DNA from: Pseudomonadota bacterium
Lineage (GTDB): Bacteria; Myxococcota_A; UBA9160; SZUA-336
DNA length: 64,000 nucleotides
Direction of reading: 5' to 3'
Assembly (NCBI GenBank): GCA_021295775.1
Contig: JAGWBS010000010.1
Span: 45,411-109,410 of the forward strand
Shown here in pieces: positions 30,277 through 38,849 of the stretch. The translations under genes were made by a program, and so were the position numbers. The notes beneath the pieces are model-generated. The model had not been told where the DNA came from. It did no database searches and saw nothing but the letters and a program-made list of their open reading frames with translations. Each line of letters begins with the position of its first letter. Position 1 is the first letter of the stretch.

Positions 30277-30383
30277 GGCGCCGTCTCCTCGTGCCGCTCC
30301 TCTAACGCATCCTCCAAGCGCTTGTCCACGCGGCTTGACGCCCGCCCCCCCGCTCCCGTCAGAATCGCGCGGGAGGTGACCCC

Positions 30384-31882
30384 GTGGTCCCGAGCCTGGA
30401 CGCACTCGCCGACGAGCAGGCCATCCGCGACGTGCTGGCGCGCTACTGGCGCGGGATCGACCGGGCGGACTCCGAGCTGGTGCGCGGCGCCTACCATCCG
30501 GGAGCCTACGACGACCATGGATACTACCAGGGACCCGTCGAGGGCTTCGTCGAAACGCTGCCCACTCAGGTCTGGCCGAACTTCGAGCGCACGCAGCACT
30601 TCAGCGGGCACATCGCGGTCGAACTCCTGGGCGACGGAGCCGCGCGCAGCGAGGCGTACGCCGAGGCGCACCACATCGTCCGCAACCCCGACGGTTCCAG
30701 CCGCGACCTGGTGTACGGGCTGCGCTACGTGGACCGCTTCGAGCGCCGCGACGGTGAGTGGCGCATCGCGCACCGCGTCTGCGTCTGGGACTGGCACCGC
30801 ATCGACGACGCCGATCGCGTCGAACTGCCCGAGGCCAGTATCAGGGGCGCGCTCGATCCCAGCGATCCGGTGTACTCCCACCCCGCCCCCAGCGGCCCCC
30901 CCCAGGGCCCGGGCCCGCAGGACGCCCCGCCGGCCAGCGCGGCGCGCGGGGCCTCGACCGGGGCGATGCGGAGCGCGTGCGCTCGGCCCACCACCCGGGG
31001 GCGCGCGTGGACTGCGGCGCCTACCGGGGAGACATCGAAGGCTTCTGCGAGTGGCTCGGAGAGTCGCTCTCCGGTCGCGCGAGCTGCACTTTCCACAAGC
31101 TGGGCAACGTCCTGATCACGGTCGACGGCGAACGCGCCTACGGAGAGACCTACGCGATCGTGCACCGCGTCGGAGGAGAAGCCTCCGCGCCCCAGGACCT
31201 GATCCTGGGCCTGCGCTACCTGGACCGCTTCGAATGCCGCGGCGGCGAGTGGCGGATCGCGGAGCGTCAGGTGAGCTACGAGTGGGAGCGCCGGATCCCT
31301 CTCGGACCGCAGCAACTGGCAGAGGGTTATCGGCGCGGCCGGCGCGACGGCGGCGACCCAGTGCAGAGCTGGAAGGCGCCCGTCGTCCGCTCCGAGCAGG
31401 AAGCCCTGGCGAGGCTGGTCGACCGCTCGGCGATCTACGCTCAGCTCGTGGGTTACTGCCGCGGCGTGGACCGCTGCGACGAGGCTCTGGTGCGCTCGGC
31501 CTACCACACCGATGCCTACGACGACCACGGCGCATACCGGGGAGGCGTCGACGGTTTCATCGGCTTCGTCCAGCGCGACGTGCAGGCGCGCTTCCGCTGC
31601 ACCATGCACAAGCTCGGCCACGCACTGATCGAGGTCGACGGCGACGTCGCCCGAAGCGAGACCTACGCGATCGGCCACCACGTCCGGGCGCAGGAAGGCC
31701 GCGACGTCGATGACTACGTCATGGGCATCCGCTACCTGGATCGCTTCGAGCGCCGCGCGGGCGAGTGGCGCATCGCGGAGCGTGAACTCCGCTTCGAGTG
31801 GCAGCGCCTCGACCCGCTGCGCGCGCTCGATCCGAACTGGACCCTCGGCCGCCACGACCCGAGCGACCCGGTCTACGAATAG
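30384..31882 (+). pseudogene. three tandem SnoaL_4/NTF2-like domains; reading frame changes (-1) after domain 1 at a C8 run
   Basis: Domain 1 lies in the frame of ORF 30384..31115. Domains 2 and 3 lie in the frame of ORF 30758..31882. Each repeat carries AYH..AYDDHG.Y.G..EGF ... LRY.DRFE.R.GEWRIA.R ... DPSDPVY. This could be an intact gene plus an assembly indel, a programmed shift, or a real frameshift. Confidence 0.65.
30896..30903 (+). repeat. C8 homopolymer in the inter-domain linker of the SnoaL array
   Basis: Read directly (GGC CCC CCC CAG). A -1 shift here enters the frame encoding domains 2-3. Confidence 0.95.
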
Positions 31883-31916
31883 GCTCTTTGCGCGACTCCC
31901 GAAGGGGAGCGAGGGT

Positions 31917-33203
31917 TCAGCGCCCGGCGTTCCGCCGGTCCAGGAACCAGATGGCGCCGAAAACCGGCAGCAGCAGCAGGGGGACGTAGGCCACCGCCTG
32001 AAAGGATTCGACCGAGGCGTAGCGGATCACTTCCCGCATGGCCTCCGGGGAGAGTGTGGCCAGGTTTTCGACTCCGCCGGCGGCCCGGGCCTTGGCGCCG
32101 TCGAAGATCGCGCCCATCCGCGGCAGGACGAACTGGATGGACATGCCGCCGGCGAAGCCCATCAGTCCCAACGCCAGCGCCCCACCCCGGGGAAAGCGCT
32201 CGGAGACGATGCCCAGCATAGTCGGCCACAGGTAACAGACGCCGATCCCCCAGACCGTTGCCGCGCCGAACGCCAGCGCGGGCGAGTCGGCCAGGCTCAG
32301 CAGATACAGACCGATCCCCGCCGCCAGACAGGAGACGAACATCAACCCCATCGAGGAGATGCGGTTGACGATCGGCCCGGCGAAGTGCCGCATCACGAAC
32401 ATCAACCCGCTCACGTAGACGAGCAGCAGAATGCCCTGCATGCCGACGATATTGGAGAGCGAGATACCGACCCACTGACCCGGCGCCAGCTCCGCCGCCG
32501 CGGTGAAATACATGCAGACCCAGAAGACCCAGAACAGCGGCCGCCTGAGCATCTCCCCGAACATCTCGCGGTAACTCACTCCCGACGCCACGCGCTCGGT
32601 CACCGGAAACGCCGAGGAGGCGACCCGCCAGGCCAGGACGAGGGCCGGCAGCAGGAGAACGACCATGTTCAGTTCCCAGGGCAGGCTCGCGCTGGTGATG
32701 GCCACCCCCAGCAGTCCGCCGACCACGATGCCCCCGGGCCACCAGGCGTGCAGGATGTTCAGCCGGTGGGTCTTCTCTTCCGGGTACAGCGCGGCGATCA
32801 TCGGGTTGGAGGCCGCCTCCACGGCTCCCCAGCCGAGCCCGGTCAGCAAAAGACTGACCAGCACGATCGTCTGGACCGAATCGCCCACCGGCAGGCTGGC
32901 GCCGGCCAGCAGGCCCAGGCTGCCCAGCACGTAGCTCAGCGCCGCGAACAGCAGCATTCGCTTCAGGCCGACCCAATCCACCAGGGCACTGCCGAAGAGC
33001 AGCGTCAACGCGAAGCCGGTAAAGGTGACGCCCAGCGCCTGCCCCAGCATCGACGCCGAATTCGCCAGGTCGATCCTGTCGTAGATGTCCGCCTGTAGAT
33101 TGGGAGCGATATTGGCTCGAATCGCGAACCCCAGGCCGATCATGAAGATCGACAGGTTGCCGATGGAGTACAGCCGGCGGCGGTCGAACTTCGGTGAGCT
33201 CAT
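31917..33203 (-). CDS. MFS transporter
   Basis: 428 aa from MSSPKFDRRRLYS. AGAGG lies 8 nt upstream of this ATG. About 12 hydrophobic segments. It is the tail of track ORF 31917..34127. Confidence 0.85.
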   Translation of the reverse strand: MSSPKFDRRRLYSIGNLSIFMIGLGFAIRANIAPNLQADIYDRIDLANSASMLGQALGVTFTGFALTLLFGSALVDWVGLKRMLLFAALSYVLGSLGLLAGASLPVGDSVQTIVLVSLLLTGLGWGAVEAASNPMIAALYPEEKTHRLNILHAWWPGGIVVGGLLGVAITSASLPWELNMVVLLLPALVLAWRVASSAFPVTERVASGVSYREMFGEMLRRPLFWVFWVCMYFTAAAELAPGQWVGISLSNIVGMQGILLLVYVSGLMFVMRHFAGPIVNRISSMGLMFVSCLAAGIGLYLLSLADSPALAFGAATVWGIGVCYLWPTMLGIVSERFPRGGALALGLMGFAGGMSIQFVLPRMGAIFDGAKARAAGGVENLATLSPEAMREVIRYASVESFQAVAYVPLLLLPVFGAIWFLDRRNAGR

Positions 33204-33238
33204 GGGATGTACCTCTTGGATCGCCATGCGGGGATGTT

Positions 33239-34105
33239 TCAGCCCAGCAGGTCCTTGAGGAAGCGGCAGCCATCGCGGGCCAGCGCGTCCTGGCTGTCTG
33301 CCAGCGGGCGCCAGATCGCCGCCGCCGCAGCGATCTCCTCGCAGGCCGGCGTGAAGGATTCGATGATGCAGTCCCCGACGAAATCGATATCGCGAAGCCC
33401 GCGAGCCACCTCGTCCCAGTGCACCTGCCCTCGGCCGGGGGTCCCGCGGTCGCTCTCGCTGGCATCCACGTAGACCAGGTCGTCCCCCGCCAGGACGATC
33501 GCGTCGTAGACGCTCTTCTCCTCGATGTGCATGTGAAACGTATCGAGGTGGATGCGGACCGAGGGCAGATCGATATCGCGCACCAGGCACTTGACCTGCT
33601 CGGCGGTATTGACGAGGTCGGTTTCGAAGCGGTTGAGCGGCTCGAGCGCCAGGGTGACCCCGTGATCGCCGGCCCTTTTCCCCGCTTCCGTCAGGCCGGC
33701 CACCGCCAGATTCCACTCCCGCTCGCGCTGCTCGTCCGGGATCCGGCGCCGTTTGCCCACCGAGGAATAGGCCGGACCGACGAGCCGGGTGACCCCGAGC
33801 CGTTCGCAGATCTCCAGCAGCCGCTGGATGTAGGTCAGACTTTCCCGCCGGCAGGCCGGCTCTTCGTGAGTGAGATCGCGAGTCGGTCCGAAGACCCCCG
33901 TGACGTGCAGGCGCAGGGGATGCTCTTCCAGCGCGCCGCGCATGGCGGCGACATCGATCAGATCCGGGTCCTCCACCGGCATGGTGAAGGCATCGAACCC
34001 CATCGCTGCCGCCTTGCCCAGCAGCGCTACGGCATCTCGGTCGAATGGGGATGTCCACACCCATGCGTTGACGCCGACCCCGATCGATCTGCTTGATTCC
34101 ACCAC
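33239..34105 (-). CDS. sugar phosphate isomerase/epimerase (xylose isomerase-like TIM barrel)
   Basis: 288 aa. Motifs LALEPLNRFE and HLDTFHM are typical of the AP_endonuc_2 / TIM-barrel isomerase family. GTG start. Confidence 0.85.
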   Translation of the reverse strand: MVESSRSIGVGVNAWVWTSPFDRDAVALLGKAAAMGFDAFTMPVEDPDLIDVAAMRGALEEHPLRLHVTGVFGPTRDLTHEEPACRRESLTYIQRLLEICERLGVTRLVGPAYSSVGKRRRIPDEQREREWNLAVAGLTEAGKRAGDHGVTLALEPLNRFETDLVNTAEQVKCLVRDIDLPSVRIHLDTFHMHIEEKSVYDAIVLAGDDLVYVDASESDRGTPGRGQVHWDEVARGLRDIDFVGDCIIESFTPACEEIAAAAAIWRPLADSQDALARDGCRFLKDLLG

Positions 34106-34226
34106 GGCTCCGAAGAAGGTCCCCCACCCGATCGAGACTCGAAATCGGGATTCCGACCCAGCCGGTGGCGCCCGCAGGGGCGGACCCGGGCGCCCCGGCT
34201 TTCCGTGTTCTAGATCGCGGCGCCCC

Positions 34227-35396
34227 TCAGCTCAGGTTGTAAAGGCGCATGGCGTTGGCGCCGGCGACGTTGCGCTGGGCGTCGGGCGGCAGCTTGGCGA
34301 TGTTCTCGCGCAGCTCGTCCACCACTCCCGGCAGCTTGGCGTCGGGGTGCGGGTAGTCCGAGGCCCAGATGACGCGCTCGGAGCCGAGCACTTCGACGGT
34401 CGGGCAGAGCATCTTCTCGTCGGCGTCGAAAGAGATGTAGCAGTTGTTCACGAAGCGCTCGCTGGGCAGCATCTTCTGCCACGGGACCTGCGATCCCCAG
34501 ATCTGGCTGTGGTGGTCGAGCCGCTCCAGCCAGGTCCAGATCCAGCCCCCGCCGCCCTCCAGGAAGATGACCTGCAGGTCGGGGAAGCGATCCAGGATTC
34601 CGGCGGCGCAGAACCAGGACACGCAGCACATCAGGTCGATCGGGTTGGAGACCGCCTGCGTGAAGTAGATGTCGCCGAAGTCCTTGATGTTCAGGTCGCG
34701 GCAGGCGCCCGGCATGTCCGGATCCAGGAACACGTGCAGTCCCACCGGCACTCCCAGCGCCTGGCACTCCGCCCAGAAGGCGTCGTAGGCGGGGTCGTCG
34801 AAGCGTCTGTTTCCGATGTACGGGTTGGGCCGGATGAACACGCCCTTGAAGTCGAGTTCGGTCACCGCCCGGCGCAGCTCGATCACGGACGCATGCACGT
34901 CCTGCAGCGGCACCGCCGCGATCCCGTGCAGGCGCTGCGGAGCGGCCTTGACGTAGTCGGCCAGCCAGTTGTTGTAGGCGCGGCAGCGCGCCGCGGCGAA
35001 GCCCGGGTCGGCGACGTAACCCAGCATGGTCGTCGGGTAGAGGATCGCGACGTCGATGCCGTCGTTGTCCATGTCCTTGAGGCGCGCGTGCGGGTCCCAG
35101 GCTCCGGGGTTGCCCTGGCGGAAGGGGATCTGCCAGTGGTCGTCCCAGGTGCGGCCGGCAATCGTGGCCGCGGCCGGGGTGCGGATCATGGTGGTTCCCG
35201 TCCGGGGCTGGCTGGTGTCGCCGGCGTGCGCGTTGGGCGCCCGGATCACCCAGTCGTGCCCGTCCGAGAGCTGGACGCAGGTTCCGACGTGGTCGCGGTA
35301 CTCGGGCTCGATGTACTCGGGCCAGATCCAGGGCGGTTCGACCACGTGTCCGTCAGCATCGACGATGGGCGCCCCGGCAAGCGCGTCTTCGGCCAT
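34227..35396 (-). CDS. amidohydrolase_2 family protein
   Basis: 389 aa. N-terminal IVDADGHVVEP, then later WASDYPHPD. Confidence 0.85.
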   Translation of the reverse strand: MAEDALAGAPIVDADGHVVEPPWIWPEYIEPEYRDHVGTCVQLSDGHDWVIRAPNAHAGDTSQPRTGTTMIRTPAAATIAGRTWDDHWQIPFRQGNPGAWDPHARLKDMDNDGIDVAILYPTTMLGYVADPGFAAARCRAYNNWLADYVKAAPQRLHGIAAVPLQDVHASVIELRRAVTELDFKGVFIRPNPYIGNRRFDDPAYDAFWAECQALGVPVGLHVFLDPDMPGACRDLNIKDFGDIYFTQAVSNPIDLMCCVSWFCAAGILDRFPDLQVIFLEGGGGWIWTWLERLDHHSQIWGSQVPWQKMLPSERFVNNCYISFDADEKMLCPTVEVLGSERVIWASDYPHPDAKLPGVVDELRENIAKLPPDAQRNVAGANAMRLYNLS

Positions 35397-35499
35397 GGAT
35401 CCGCTCCCTCGCAGCTGAGTTCGACCCGCATTCTAGCCCGCCGTTGTAGGCTTGCGGGCGAACGGCCCGGGACGGGGGCCGTGCGGGAGGAGGCGGAGG

Positions 35500-37141
35500 A
35501 TGTCGCGCGTCACCGGTGCCCGGATCCTGGCCGAGGCGCTGCAGCGCGAGGGCGTACAGGTGGTCTTCCATCTGACGGGAGCGCCGAACATCGAACTGAC
35601 GGCGCACTGCGAACGCCTGGGAATGCGCCTGTACACGGTGCGCCACGAACAGGCGGCGGCCGCGGCGGCCAAGGGCTACGCGCGCGTCAGCGGACGGCCG
35701 GGCGTGTGCCTAGCCCCGGCGGGCCCCGCGGTCGCGAACATGCTGCCGGGGATCGCCGACGCTTTCCACGAGCAGGTTCCCCTGATCGCTCTGGGGGGCT
35801 CCTCGCCGCTGAATCAGCGCGGCCACGGGGCGTTTCAGGAGATGGACCAGGTCGCGCTGGTGGCGCCGGCCGCCAAGGCGACTTTCCAGGCGACTCGGCC
35901 CGAGCAGCTCCCCCGGCTGCTCCGCGACTCCTTCCGCGTGGCCAGCGCGGTCGCGCCCGGTCCCGCCTACCTGGACCTGCCGGGCGACGTTCTGGCCGGA
36001 AAGCTCGATGCCGACCGGGTCCAGCACCCGCCCCGGCCCGCGCCGCCGTCCCCCCCCCCCCCCCCCACCCCCCGAGCGCCGGGCGGGGGCGCGGCGGCCG
36101 CTGGTGGTCACGGGCAGCGGCATCCTGTGGGCGGGCGCCGGAGAAGCGCTGCGCGCCTTCATCGACGCCACCGGCATCCCGTTCTTCACCACCCCGCAGG
36201 GCCGGGGAGCGGTTCCCGAGGACCACCCGCGTTCGTTCCCCGCGGCGCGCACGCTGGCTTTCCGCGAGGCCGACGTAGTGCTGGCCGTCGGCACGCGGGC
36301 CAACTTCATCGTTTCCTATTTCATGCCGCCCCGCTGGTCTCCCGACCTGGAGCTGCTGGCCGTGAATCTGGACGAATCGGAGCTGGGCAGCAGCCGTCCG
36401 CCGGCGGTCGGGATGCTCGCGGATGCGCGCGCGGCGCTCGAGCAGCTCGCCGAGGCGGCGCGCGGGCGCTTCGACGCGGGCTCCGAGACCCCCTGGATCG
36501 AGCGCCTGCGCCGCAAGACCGCCGAGAGCGACGAACGCCAGCGCGAGGCGATGCAATCGGGCGCGTGCCCGATCCATCCATTGCGCCTGATGGCCGAGAT
36601 CCGCGCCTGGCTGGACCGCGACGCCGTGCTGGTCGAAGACGGCCACGACACGCTCGGTTTCTGCCGCCACACCCTTCACACCCACGTGCTCGGCCACCGC
36701 ATGAATCCGGGCGTGCTGGGTAACGTGGGCGTCGGCGTGCCGGTGGCGCTGGGCGCCAAGGCCGCCAGGCCCGACACGCAGGTGGTGCTGGTCAGCGGCG
36801 ACAGCGCGTTCGGCTGGAACGGCATGGAGATGGCTTCCTGCTGTCTGCAGGACCTGCCGATCGTGGTGGTGGTGCTCAACAACGCCGGCATCACCGCGCG
36901 CAGCCGCGAGGCTCCCATGATGCCCGGCCAGGATCTCGGGCACGTGGACTACCAGAGGGTCTGCGAGGCGTTCGGGGGCCACGGAGAGCGGGTCGAGGAT
37001 CCAGCGGAGATCCGGCCCGCGCTCGAGCGGGCCATGGCGTCGGGCCGGCCCGCCGTGGTCAACGTGATCGTCGACCCGTTCGTGCCCTCGGCCACGCACG
37101 TCGGCTTCGCCGGCGTGATGTCGGAGTCCTACAGCCGCTGA
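35500..37141 (+). pseudogene. thiamine-diphosphate-dependent enzyme (acetolactate synthase / benzoylformate decarboxylase-like), frame broken inside a C17 tract
   Basis: The N-terminal Pyr domain (MSRVTGARILAEALQREGV..) lies in the frame of ORF 35452..36723. The middle and PP domains (..PLVVTGSGILWAG.., GDSAFGWNGMEM..VVVLNN) lie in the frame of ORF 36008..37141. The switch maps to 36050-36066. Removing 1 C or adding 2 C restores one 546-aa-class ORF. Confidence 0.75.
36050..36073 (+). repeat. C17-A-C6 homopolymeric tract (poly-Pro coding linker)
   Basis: Read directly and confirmed by the codon count of ORF 36008 (RRR PPPPPPPP E). Confidence 0.95.
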
Positions 37142-37174
37142 GCCGGGGCCTGGGATCTTCCCGAGCGCGCCGCG

Positions 37175-38185
37175 TCAGGAGGGGTCGATTCGGTACACCC
37201 GCGACGCCGTGCCGCGCAGCAGGGCGTCCTTTTCGTCCTCGGAGAAATCGGCGGCCAGCTTCTTGAAGGCGTTCCACAGCACCGTGTAGGAGATCGCCAG
37301 CTTGTCGACCGGGAAGTTGCTCTCGAACATGCAGCGCTCGGGGCCGAAAACCTCGATCGCGTGCAGGTAGTAGCCGCGCTGGGCGGAGAGCAGGTCGTCA
37401 GAGCTGGGCGGGAGATCCCGCTCCTCGAAGCCGAAACCGTTCCAGGGCATGGCCATCCCACCCAGCTTCATCACCACGTTCGGGCAGCCGGCGATCTCGG
37501 ACACATCGCGCTTCCAGGCCTCGAAGATTTCCTCGCGCCGGCCCGCGTAGGGACCGACCCCGAGCGGGCAGGAGAGGTGATCCAGCACGATCGTGGTCTC
37601 TGGGAAGTCACGCGCCAGCCGCGCCAGCGCGAGCGTCTGGGTATGGTAGTGGTAGGCGTCGAACGTCAGGCCCAGGGGGGCGAGCTGCGCGAAGCCTTCG
37701 CGGAATCTCGGATCGGCGTACAGATCCGCGTCCGTGGCTCCGCCGGCCCGGTGCACTGCGAGGCTGGCGTCCCAGGCGGCCGAGTGCCGGATGCCCCGGA
37801 AAAGCCCGCTCGCCTGCAGGTGCGCTTCCAGGACCTCGCGCGCCGCGGCTCCGCGCAGCAGGTCGGCGTGGCCGACGATCGCGCGCACGCACGCCGCGCC
37901 GGGCCCGCCGCGGGCCGACTCGGCCGCGATCGGCACCACGAACTCGGTCTCGCCGACGGGTGCGAACCCCTCCGGGGCACCCCTCCGGTAGCCCATCCCG
38001 CACTCGATGAAGACCGTGCTCTCGACCCGGTGACCGCTGCCGGTGTCGGCCCAGAGGTCGTCGAGCATGTAGTCCCCGAACATCTCCAGTCCCAGGAAGA
38101 AGTGGTGGTGGGGATCGACGATGGGTCGCTCGGGCTCCACGATCTTCTCGCGCACGAGCCCCAGCCAGTCCTCTCGAATCTGCAT
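37175..38185 (-). CDS. amidohydrolase_2 family protein (lactonase/decarboxylase-like)
   Basis: 336 aa from MQIREDW (tail of track ORF 37175..39871). Motifs IVDPHHHFF, VLDHL and FESNFPVD. Confidence 0.85.
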   Translation of the reverse strand: MQIREDWLGLVREKIVEPERPIVDPHHHFFLGLEMFGDYMLDDLWADTGSGHRVESTVFIECGMGYRRGAPEGFAPVGETEFVVPIAAESARGGPGAACVRAIVGHADLLRGAAAREVLEAHLQASGLFRGIRHSAAWDASLAVHRAGGATDADLYADPRFREGFAQLAPLGLTFDAYHYHTQTLALARLARDFPETTIVLDHLSCPLGVGPYAGRREEIFEAWKRDVSEIAGCPNVVMKLGGMAMPWNGFGFEERDLPPSSDDLLSAQRGYYLHAIEVFGPERCMFESNFPVDKLAISYTVLWNAFKKLAADFSEDEKDALLRGTASRVYRIDPS

Positions 38186-38265
38186 CGGCACGGCCTCCTG
38201 TCTCGCTGGCCCAGTGTAGACGCGTGCCGGACGGGTTGCAGTCGGCCGTGGCGGTCCGCCCGAAC

Positions 38266-38733
38266 TCAGGGATGGGGCCGGACGCGCTGGTCGAGCTGGA
38301 CGACGTTGCCGTCGGGGTCGCGCAGGAAGGCGGAGCGGACCACGCCGCCCGAAGGCTCTCCGTAGGCGAGGGTGTCCCCGTTCACGGGACGGACGACCAC
38401 CGGGTGGCCGGCCTGCTCGGCGCGGACGGCGATCGCGTCGGCGTCGTCGACCCAGAAGCCGAAATGATGCACGCCGACCTGGAACAGGCCGGCGGGCTCG
38501 CCGAAGGGTTCTCGCGAGAGCTGCTGGTCGAGCACGATGAAGGTCTCGTGCGGGCCTTCCCGCCAGCGCAGATAGACGCCGCGGCGCTTGAGCGGCGGGG
38601 CGTCGCCGAGCGCGGGCAGCTCTTCTTCGGCATCGAGAGAGACGTGCATGCCCAGCACGTCGCGGTAGAAGTCCAGGGACTTCTGCATGTCGCGGACTCC
38701 GATGGCGATGTGCGATGCGGCCTGGATCGGCAT
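38266..38733 (-). CDS. VOC family protein
   Basis: 155 aa with HIAIGVRDMQKSLDFY ... HHFGFWV ... LRDPDGNVVQL. Confidence 0.8.
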   Translation of the reverse strand: MPIQAASHIAIGVRDMQKSLDFYRDVLGMHVSLDAEEELPALGDAPPLKRRGVYLRWREGPHETFIVLDQQLSREPFGEPAGLFQVGVHHFGFWVDDADAIAVRAEQAGHPVVVRPVNGDTLAYGEPSGGVVRSAFLRDPDGNVVQLDQRVRPHP

Positions 38734-38825
38734 GGGCGGACCTCCCGGAACGTGCCCATCCTAGAGGATCTGCAGGCGGGCGGGGCCGCGCGCTATGCTG
38801 CGCGCCGGATTCCGGAGTCGCACCC

Positions 38826-38849
38826 GGAGCGGAGGAGCGGAGGAGCGGA
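38826..38849 (+). repeat. (GGAGCGGA)x3 tandem octamer ending in the A of the thiolase ATG
   Basis: Read directly: GGAGCGGA GGAGCGGA GGAGCGGA TG. Each unit contains an SD-like GGAG. Confidence 0.9.

Noticed and set aside
30335-30365. Sigma70-like promoter (TTGACG, then 19 nt, then CAGAAT) upstream of the SnoaL array.
   Set aside because: The spacing is too long and the -10 element is weak. I keep it only as a remark, not as a feature.
34127-34149. Imperfect hairpin CCCGATCGAG-A-CTCGAAATCGGG between the amidohydrolase and the isomerase genes, as a terminator or attenuator.
   Set aside because: It is short with a bulge and lacks a U-tract. Such stems occur by chance at this GC content, and there is no repeat of it elsewhere in the window.
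36008-37141. ORF 36008..37141 as an independent gene with its own ATG.
   Set aside because: It would encode only the middle and PP domains of a TPP enzyme. The missing Pyr domain lies immediately upstream in another frame and is joined through the C17 tract.
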